A stretch of DNA of 63,960 nucleotides from Octopus bimaculoides (Eukaryota). Positions 1 to 10,196 of this stretch are shown here, in pieces. Made by a program: the position numbers and the translations under genes. The notes beneath the pieces were generated by a model that did not search any database, was not told the DNA's origin, and saw only the letters and a list, made by a program, of their open reading frames with translations. Every line of letters begins with the position of its first letter. Position 1 is the first letter of the stretch. The DNA lies in contig NC_069005.1 in assembly GCF_001194135.2 (NCBI RefSeq), positions 6,628,664 through 6,692,623 of the forward strand. The letters are read 5' to 3'.

Positions 1-1856
1 ATATATATATATATATATATATAACTGTAGTTCCTCTTGCTTCTCAACTTCTGCAGTTTCCATTGACCAAATTCCATTCACTGTGAGATTGGAACTACGT
101 GGCTGTGAAGTGAACTTCTTAAGCCCACAGCCATTCTTACGCCTGTATACACACACACACACACACACACACTTTTTCTCTCTCTCCTTTATATGTGGAA
201 TGGCAAGGTGGATACATGCTTCCTTCCTAACCACATGGCTCCAGGTTCAGCCCCATCGTGTGCCATCTTGTATTTGTCTTTTGCTTAAGCGACATGTATA
301 AAATGGCTTGCTTTCTCTGCAGCTTTTGACAATTTCCTGTTGCCATTTCCTCTCTTCTTTACAGCCATTCCAAGACCCCTTCGCAGCTGATCAAACTCTG
401 GTTCCAACAAATCTTGTAACGTCTTAATCCCCTTAACCCCTTAGCATTCAAGCCAGCCATATCCAGCCCAAATGTTCCACCTGTTTTATGTTCAAACCAG
501 CCAGATCTGGCCTTTTACACCTGTGTTGTGGAATCGTGTGGCCTAGTGGTCAAGGTGCTGGATTCATGATTGTAAGATTGTGGTTTCAATTCCTGGACCA
601 GGTGACACATTGTGTTCTTGAGCAAAACACGTCATTTCACATTGCTCCAGTGCACTCAGATGGCAAAAATGAATAATCCTGTGATAGACTCGCGCCATAT
701 CTAGCGGGGAATATATACATCAGAGAAACCAGGAAACTGACCCTATGTGGCTATATGACTCAGGAAGGACCTTCATCCTTAAACCTTATATATCTCACAC
801 CAACCCTACAGTGTCATTCTAAAAACAATCACATCATCGAAATCTCAAAGCTATGAGGTAATGTATGATAAATTCAAAACTATTTGAATAAATAAGCATT
901 GCATTTGACAGAGTTAATCTGAATTCTGTAGGGTTAAACTGACCTTATCTGACCCAAATATTCTCCCCGTTTTACATACAAACCAGGCAGGTCTGGCCTC
1001 TCACACCTACCCTACAATGTCATCCTAAAAACAAACAATTACATCATCAAAATCTCAAAGCTATGAGGTAATGCATGATAAAGTCAAAGCTACTCTTTTA
1101 CTTATTTCAGTCATTTGACTGCGGCCATGCTGGAGCACCGCCTTTAGTCGAACAAATCGACCCCAGGACTTATTCTTTGTAAGCCTAGTACTTATTCTAT
1201 CAGTCTCTTTTGCCGAGCCGCTAAATTACAGGGACGTAAACACACCAGCATCAGTTGTCAAGCGATGTTGGGGGACAAACACAGACATATAAACATATAC
1301 ACACACAAATATATATATATATATATATATACATGCTTCTTTCAGTTTCCGTCTACCAAATCCACTCACAAGACTTTGGTCGGCCCGAGGCTATAGTAGA
1401 AGACACTTGCCCAAGGTGCCACGCAGTGGGACTGAATCCGGAACCATGTGGTTCATAAGCAAGCTACTTACCACACAGCCACTCCTGCGCCTATATAGGA
1501 AAATAAGGTTAGAGAGGGAAGTGTTGTCTTCTGGCCAGTTTGCTGAATGGGAACGGGCCTGCCCTGTAGTTGGAAAAGTGTAAAGGAAAAAACACACCTG
1601 CCCCAAAAGTCAGGGTACCCATGGTTTTTTTATGGGGTTTTTCCATGAGCAGCCCTTGAACATCTCCACCCTATCGAGGATTACATATTGTTAATTTCTG
1701 TCTTCCTTCTTTTTTTTTTTTAATTTTGCTCATCTTGTTTACACACAAAACCCTCACAACACACACTTACACACATACACACACAGATTCTTTGTTTTGC
1801 CCTGTACTGTCCATAATGTTTTTCTTAATGTAAGCCCTTGTGGCTAATAAAGAAAC

Positions 1857-1895
<39 letters not shown>

Positions 1896-2021
1896 TATTA
1901 TTATTCTAATTCTGCCAAGGTTGACTTTGCCTTTCATCTGTTCTGGGGTCGATTACGATGTAATCGACTAGCATCCTCCCCCAAAATACCTGGCCCTGTA
2001 CCAAAATTTGAAACCATTATT

Positions 2022-2061
<40 letters not shown>

Positions 2062-2488
2062 CCATTATCGCAGTAGTAGTAGTAGTAGTAGTAGAAGTAG
2101 TAGTAGTAGTAGTATTAGTGGTGGTGGTTATGCTTGGATTCTCCAGAATGTGTTTGTATATGTTTATGTGGATAGGTGTATCAGTATTTTTGTGTATGTC
2201 TGTATGTATGTGCTTGTTTGTGTGTATGTCTGTGTGCATAGGTTTGATGTGTGTGTGTGTGTGTGTGTGTGTGAATATGGGTTTCAGTATGTGTGTGTGT
2301 GTGTCTGTTGGTGTTTCTATATTGTTCTACTATTTCAATCCAAGTATAGTATTACCTGGCACACTGCACCACCTCTGTCATGTCAGGTGAGTTAATTAGA
2401 AGCAAGGATGGGTAGTGGCAGCGGCGGCAGTGGAAAGAAGGAAGGGAGGTTCAATACTGCATCTAGTAGTAGTAGTAGTAGTAGTAGT

Positions 2489-2524
<36 letters not shown>

Positions 2525-4464
2525 CCTTTGCACCCTCTCTCATTCAGAGTCTGTCCCTCACTTCCACTTATTGTACCTCACACTGTTCCTCCTCCACCAC
2601 CACCACCACCACATCAGCCTACCATTATGCCAAAGGCCTACAAAAGAGCCTATGAGTGGCCATTGCCCGACATCCTAGAAATAGCAGACAAATCTCCCTC
2701 AAATCATGCAGAATTGAAAAGGCACGTTGGTTTATGTAGTCTACTAAGTGGATACTCCCAAATAAAAAGATAGGATGGGTGATGCCTTGGCTTGCATGCC
2801 TCTCTGTCTGTCTCTCTCTCCCTCCCTCATAGGTCTCATCAGCTGAGATCATCATAGTTAAGTTGGAGCTACACAGCAACCAGCCTTACACCAGCTTCTC
2901 TCTACATTTATGTTGTCTTAATGAAGGCACATGGTTTAGAGTTTAAGGTATTCGACTCACGATCATAAGGTCGTGAGTTCAATTCCTTGTGATGCATTAT
3001 GTCCTTGGGCAAGACACTTTATTTCACGTTGCTCCAGTCCCACTCAGCTGGCAAAAATGAGTTGTACCTGTAATACAAAGGGGCCAGGCCAGCCTTATCA
3101 TATTTAATGTCTCATGCTGAATCTCTCTGAGAACTATATTAAGAGTACACGTGTCTGTGGAGTACACAGCCACTTGTGCTTTAGTATCACGAGCAGGCTG
3201 TTCTGTTGATTGGATCGACTGGAACCCTCGTCGTCACCGATGGAGAACCAGTTTTTTTTAAATATTTTTTTATGTTGCTCTTACCTGCTCTTACATCACC
3301 TCCACTTTCACCCACCAACCCTCACCATAGCTCCTTTGGTTAATCACTCTAGCACCTCCACACCTCCACACCACCACCACCACCACCTTCAACTGTTACT
3401 CCTTCCACCCTGGTCTCACCTCATTATATATCATTATATATATATATATAGTTACAACTATGGAAATCAGTCAACTGTGAAATCTTTACTCCAATTCCAC
3501 AACATCACATTGGTGTACAGTTGTACTGTTGCTATGGTGATAGTGATAGGTACACAGACCTCACTGACAACATTCATACACAATCTGTGGTAGGTGTGTG
3601 TAAGTNNNNNNNNNNNNNNNNNNNNNNNNNNNNNNNNNNNNNNNNNNNNNNNNNNNNNNNNNNNNNNNNNNNNNNNNNNNNNNNNNNNNNNNNNNNNNNN
3701 NNNNNNNNNNNNNNNNNNNNNNNNNNNNNNNNNNNNNNNNNNNNNNNNNNNNNNNNNNNNNNNNNNNNNNNNNNNNNNNNNNNNNNNNNNNNNNNNNNNN
3801 NNNNNNNNNNNNNNNNNNNNNNNNNNNNNNNNNNNNNNNNNNNNNNNNNNNNNNNNNNNNNNNNNNNNNNNNNNNNNNNNNNNNNNNNNNNNNNNNNNNN
3901 NTATATATACACATACATATATATATATAATCTTTTTCCTCTATTTACACACACACACACATTTTCTCTTTTACTTGTTTCAGTCATTTGACTGCGGCCA
4001 TGCTGGAGCACTGCCTTTAGTTGAGCAAATCGACCCCAGGACTTATTCTTTGTAAGCCTAGTACTTATTCTATCGGTATCTTTTGCCGAACCGCTAAGTT
4101 ACGGGAACGTAAACACACCAGCATCGGTTGTCAAGCGATGTTGGGGGGACAAACACAGACACACGAATACACACACACATCCATATATATATGCATATAC
4201 ATATATACGACGGGCTTCTTTCAGTTTCCATGTATCAAATCCACTCACAAGGCTTTGGTCGGCCCGAGGCTATGGTTGAAGACACTTGCCCAAGGTTCCA
4301 CGTAGTGGAACTGAACCCGGAACCATGTGGTTGGTAAGCAAGCTATTTACCACACAGCCACTCCTGATATTTTTAATATCTAAATATGTTGACAAAGCAA
4401 AAGCAATTGTTGGCTTTGTAAGGTGTGATTTTCTATCTCCATATTTTTGTTGTTGTTGTTTTAC

Positions 4465-4495
<31 letters not shown>

Positions 4496-4744
4496 GTTAT
4501 GGTGTATTCTGTTAAGGGCGTAGTGAAGATAAATTGGAGGGAGTTCTTCAGAGCAGTTGTTAAATCTGTGCTTGTCTATGGATCTCCAACTTGGACCCTC
4601 ACCAAGAGACTTTAAAAACAAGTGCTGGGGTCAATTCATTTGCCTATAATTCTTCTAGGCGATGCCCCAGCATGGGCTGCAGTCTAGTGACCGAAACAAG
4701 TAAAAGTTTTTTAAAATCTTTTTTGTTTTTGTTTAAATAAAACA

Positions 4745-5127
4745 GTGGAGGCGCAATGGCCCAGTGGTTAGGGCAGCGGACTTGTGGTCATAGGATCGCA
4801 GTTTCGATTCCCAGACCGGGCGTTGTGAGTGTTTATTGAGCGAAAACACCTAAAGCTCCACAAGGCTCCGGCAGTGGGGTGGGTGGTGAACCCTGCTGTA
4901 CTCTTCCACCACAACTTTCTCTCACTCTTACTTCTTGTTTCTGTTGTACTTGTAATTCAAAGGGTCAGCCTTGTCACACTGTGTCACGCTGAATATCCCC
5001 GAGAACTACGTTAAGGGTACACGTGTCTGTGGAGTGCTCAGCCACTTGCACGTTAATTTCACGAGCAGGCTGTTCTATTGATCGGATCAACTGGAACCCT
5101 CGACGTCGTAAGTGACGGAGTGCCAAC
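4745..5127 (+). mobile_element. tRNA-derived SINE, family B (full length, with TSD)
   Basis: tRNA-like head GGAGGCGCAATGGCCCAGTGGTTAGG...GTTTCGATTCCC, (CTAA)n tail, TSD TAAATAAAACA at 4734-4744 and 5132-5142. Confidence 0.85.
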
Positions 5128-5809
5128 TAACTAAATAAAACAAGTTTTATTTCTTTGAAATAAAGAGTAAATAGTTTCTTTTTTTTTTTTTATACCATGT
5201 ATTTACAGATATGAAAGTAAAAATACAAAAATTCCTATTCATATAACAAATATTTTTTTTGTATAATAGTTTTCTTGAAAATATATTCGTTAATGTTTCC
5301 ACAAGGTCAGTTTTATATACAAAATACACAAAAAGAAAAAAAAAGTGGGAGGAGAGAGAGAGAGAAAAGATCACATGTTGCTTACAGGCTTTCATGAGAA
5401 AAGTTTTACTGAATAAATTTTAGTCCATAATTGCAGCCAAAAGAGCTTTTGTACTAGAAGGAAAGTCTACATATTGTTATTAGTGTTGTTGCTGTTGTTG
5501 TTAAGGTGGTTAGTTGGCAGAATGATTAGCATACCACACAAAGTGCTTAGCGGCATTTTGTCTTTCTGTCTTTATACATTCTGAATTAAAATTCTGCTAA
5601 GGTCAGCTTTGCCTTTCATCTTTTCGGAGTCTCGCTCGCAGCTTGAAATATTGCAAAATAAATTACTTCTTCAGCCAGGAAACCTTAGGCAGCTGTAATT
5701 AACAAGACTTGTGGCTTTTATTGTAACATTGTAACATTTTATTATAACTTCTTAGCTGATCAATTGCTATTCTACTTGTTGGAGCCTTACCACATAATCA
5801 TATATATAT

Positions 5810-5981
5810 AGGCGCAGGAGTGGCTGTGTGGTAAGTAGCTTGCTTACCAACCACATGGTTCCGGGTTCAGTCCCACTGCGTGGCACTTTGGGCAAGTGTC
5901 TTCTACTATAGCCTCAGGCCGACCAAAGCCTTGTGAGTGGATTTGGTAGACGGAAACTGAAAGAAGCCCGTTGTATATATG

Positions 5982-6012
<31 letters not shown>

Positions 6013-6224
6013 ATGTTTGTGTCTGTCTTTGTGCCCCCAGCATCGCTTGACAACTGATGCTGGTGTGTTTACGTCCCCTGTAACTTAGCGGTTCGGCAAA
6101 AGAGACCGATAGAATAAGTACTGGGCTTCCAAAGAATAAGTCCTGGGGCCAATTTGCTCGACTAAAGGCAGTGCTCCAGCATGGCCGCAGTCAAATGACT
6201 GAAACAAGTAAAAGAGTAAAAGAG
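5810..6224 (+). mobile_element. tRNA-derived SINE, family A, with internal (TA)/(TG) microsatellite (representative copy)
   Basis: Head AGGCGCAGGAGTGGCTGTGTGGTAAG...GGTTCAGTCCC and tail GAAACAAGTAAAAGA. Other copies at approximately 1097-1492(-), 3967-4366(-), 13195-13560(-), 17770-18120(+), 22515-22965(+), 25440-25850(-), 34595-34950(-), 39285-39653(-), 40690-40985(+), 47110-47690(-), 48200-48580(+). Confidence 0.85.
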
Positions 6225-7243
6225 GTGGCACATAAAATGCACCGTGCAAGCATTGGGCCTCATGAAGGCAGTGACAGGTGACCGAGACCTTTGTCGATAT
6301 ACTGTGCTGTGTTGACCTGTTGAGCCAAGTGAGGACGTAATCGTGTCAGCTCAATATCAGCTCAATGGCACCTGTGCCGGTGGCACATAAAAAAACACCT
6401 ATTACTCTCTCGGAGTGGTTGGTGTTAGGAATGGCATCCAGCCATAGAAACCTTGCCAAACCAGATCGGAACCTGTTGCAGTTTCCCGGTTGACCAGTTT
6501 TCAGTCAAACCAACTAATCCATGCCAGCATGGAAAGCAGATTTTCAGTGGTGATGGTGATGATGATGATGATGATATATGTTTGAGCACTTAAGGAGTTG
6601 ATGGAGTTGAAGCTACTGTCTCACCCCACCCCCACTTCATTCCAAATCCACATCATTGAAAAGACTACGTCTCAAACCACTTTTTGTCGTGCCTGTGGCT
6701 AAAAGAAGTTTCCAGAATTCTGTTTCGCAGCTGACCAAATTTCTCACTATGACAACATTGAAACAAGAATGAAACAAAAATTGTTTCTTTGTACAAACAT
6801 AAGAAGGAACACATGCCATGTGGGTGGGTGAGTGGGGTGCTGAGGGTGCATAGTTGGTGATTTGGTGCATTGGATGGTGGTGGTGGTGGTCGTGGTGGTG
6901 ATGAATGGATAGTGGGTTGAGTCTGTGAGTGGATAATCCAGTTTCTTTATATGTATATTTGAATGTGTGTGTGTGTGCCTGAATAAATAGATATGTAAGC
7001 ATACATATACGCTGATATATCATCATCATCATCATCATCGTTTGATGTCCATTTTTCATGCTGGCATGGGATGGACGGTTTGATATATGCTTTATTAATA
7101 TAGCTGCAAAGACATCACAAAAACTGTTACTCAGAGTTTTTGTCATGTCTTTGCAGGTTTATTATTAATAAAGCGTATAACTCTACCTTTGGTATTGGAG
7201 TACTATTTTCTCCCACCTTGTTTCACATTTACGCACTTACTCT

Positions 7244-7287
<44 letters not shown>

Positions 7288-7701
7288 ATACACAAACACA
7301 CACACATATATGATGGACTTCTTTCAGTTTCCATCTACTAAATCCATTCATGAGGCTTTGATTGGCCTGGGGGCTACATTAGAAGACGTTTTCCCAAGTT
7401 GCCACGCAGTGAGATTGAACCCAAGACCATGTGGTTCAGAAACAAGCTTCTCAACCCCCACAGCTACCCGCTGAATATTCACACAAAGACATTGCTATAT
7501 TAATGCATCTCTGTTTCTCTTTCACACACATTCACATACACACACACACACACTGATACAAATACAGACATGCACACACACAAACACGCACACATTCACA
7601 TGCACTCACATCCATACACCTATACACACACATATATATTCACACACCCTTTTATTAAGCAATCATTGTACTAATGCATCTACCCTATTTCTCCACCTCA
7701 G

Positions 7702-10155
7702 GTGCTGCTGAAAGTGGTAAAAGTACCCTGGTAAAGCAGATGAAAATTATTCACAATGACGGTTTCTCCAAAGACGAATTATTGGCTTTCAGAGTAAGTT
7801 AAACGGTATTAGTTTATTATTATTATTATTATTATTATTCGTATGTGTATTTCGTGTGCAAGATTCTTGATGTGGATACGTGTGTTGAAAGAAATACAAT
7901 TAAACCTTGGGAGAGGCATTATGCCGGTAATAAACACACGCACTGGTTCAGCCCTTTATTAATTTATATAGTTTTTTGTTAGATTATTTCATTGCACTCT
8001 TGCAATCTCTTCAGTAACTTGTCTCTCAAAATAAATGGAAGTGGAGAGACAGGTTACTGAAGAGATTGCAAGAGTGCAATGAAATAATCTAACAAAAAAC
8101 TATATAAATTAATAAAGGACTGAACCAGTTTATGTGTCNNNNNNNNNNATTCAGTAGTTTTATTTTTATAACGTGCTTTCACTTCACTACCGAGCGCAGC
8201 TCTGTGCGCCTTGTGTATGTGCTGTGGTTTGCTGTGGTGCTCTTATGTTTACTGTATTGAAAGTGTTTTGTGGTAGAATGTGTGCAGTACCCAGTAGTGC
8301 AATTTTCTGTATGTTATATATATTTGTAAGTCCTGGTGTTTTTGTTATGTATTTGTCTGAATATTTATTATTGTTGTTGTTGTTGTTGTTATCTGGCGGG
8401 GGGGGGGGTAATGTTCTGCAGGTTTCCTTTATCTCTAGTGTGGAGTGTTTTCTTGGGTTTAGTTGTGGGGGCTCAACTATCAGGGTAAGTCTGCATGCGT
8501 GTGTGTATGTACACTGTGTGGCCTATGTATGTGTTTGTGCTTGTACATGTGTATGCATGCACATTTACAAACACATTTGTTGGTGTTATGTGTGTCTGTC
8601 TTTTCTTCACCCCCCCCTCTTTTTTTTTTATCAGCTTTCCTTTCTCCTCCCCTGTCTTCATTTCCTTTTAAACTCTATTAATTCATTTTTTGTATCCAAG
8701 AAATCATTATTTAATAGCTTTCACTTTGTAGTAAAGATTATTTGCCAACATAACATGGCAGTCCTGGTTTAGGACGAGTGTTGCTGTAATTTATCCCCAG
8801 GAGACCTCGTATCCACCTGGCTATATGACACAATCAGTGTCCTTATATTTTCGAACAAGGGAATCTAGCACCCCCACTCAGCTCAAAACAATATCTGTGT
8901 ATCACGATTTCTGGGTTATTTCCCTTCATCAGCACAGAATAATTGTTCGGCTAGAGGTGGCGCTGCCAAATTCCTGTTTGTCCGAAACCAGGACTGCCAT
9001 GTTATGTTAGCAAACAATCTTTACTCCAAAGTACTATTGCTGAATATCTCACGTTGTGAGATTGAAGATTAGTAATTTTCTAGCTTTCAGTTAGATTTGA
9101 ACCTTTATTTTCCCCCCTTTTCTACTTCCAGCCTGCAGTACTGGACAATCTGTTGAATTCCATGAAGTATGTTTTGGCAGGGATGGGAATATTACGGATT
9201 AATCTGGATGACTCCCGAAACAGGGTAAGTAAAACAATCGTTCGTACACCTTGGCCAATCACATGATTCCAGGTTCTATCCATACTCCACACTTCCTTGG
9301 GCCAACTAAGGTGCCTTACCTTAGTCCCAGTTCAACCCAAATCTTGGCATGGGTCAGATAAAATTTGGTTAAAGCAGATTTTTTCTATGGTCGGATGCCC
9401 TTCCTGTCACTAACCCTCATCTGTTTCCAAGCAAGGTAATATTTCATCAGGGCCAGATATGTATCAAGTCTTTTATTTGTCGTTTTCTCTTGTAGCTGAA
9501 TGCTCAGAAGGTGCTTGCATGCAATTGCTGCATGACCGAAAACCAAACCATGATTCCATATGTGTGGGAAGCACTCTACAATCTATGGATGGACAAAGGT
9601 GTCAGACTTGCAGTGTCACGGGGCTACGAATATGAACTGAATGATTCAGCAATCTAGTAAGTAGACTGTTGTTGTTGTTGTTGTTGTTGATGATTATTTT
9701 GTTGTTGTTGCTACTGCCACAGTAGCATGATGATGATGATGATGATGATGAGTAACCCCTTGGGACAAGCAAACCTGTGAGTAACCCCTAGGGAGTCTGC
9801 TCTGTTTACTGGCAGCCGCCAACATCTGGGCTACATAAATGTAATGATGATAGTCTCCTGTGAGTCTGAGAAAGTTGATTTTTGCAATTTCATGTTGAAC
9901 GCCAACACGGCTAATCTGTTTATAGTGATTAAATGTGTGTGTGTGTGCTGTACATTAGCTTACTCCCTCCATCAAACTGACGTTGCCCAAACAAGTACCA
10001 CTCATCGGGTGTTGAAGTAATCGCGGAACAACTTAAGAGGAAAGTGTTTTGCCCATGAACATGATGCACCAACCAATCTAGGAATTGAAACCATGGTCTC
10101 TCGATTATAAGCACAGTGCCTTAACCACTAGGCCATACTCCCTTGTGTGTGTGTG

Positions 10156-10196
<41 letters not shown>

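Noticed and set aside
2408-2773. ORF starting MGSGSGG as a candidate myristoylated Gv exon 1
   Set aside because: It is built from GGC/AGT/AGC/CCA microsatellites, has no G-alpha N-terminal helix or LLL-G end, and no suitable phase 1 donor.
3521-4055. ORFs spanning N runs (also 27107-27689, 31129-31525, 42485-43027)
   Set aside because: Their lengths are artefacts of assembly gaps; only the NDUFB5 exon 1 and RTE parts have real coding signal.
4745-4820. tRNA-like sequences at SINE heads as tRNA genes
   Set aside because: They lack a closing acceptor stem and run on into 300 bp of shared SINE body; only 27900-27970 is a complete cloverleaf.
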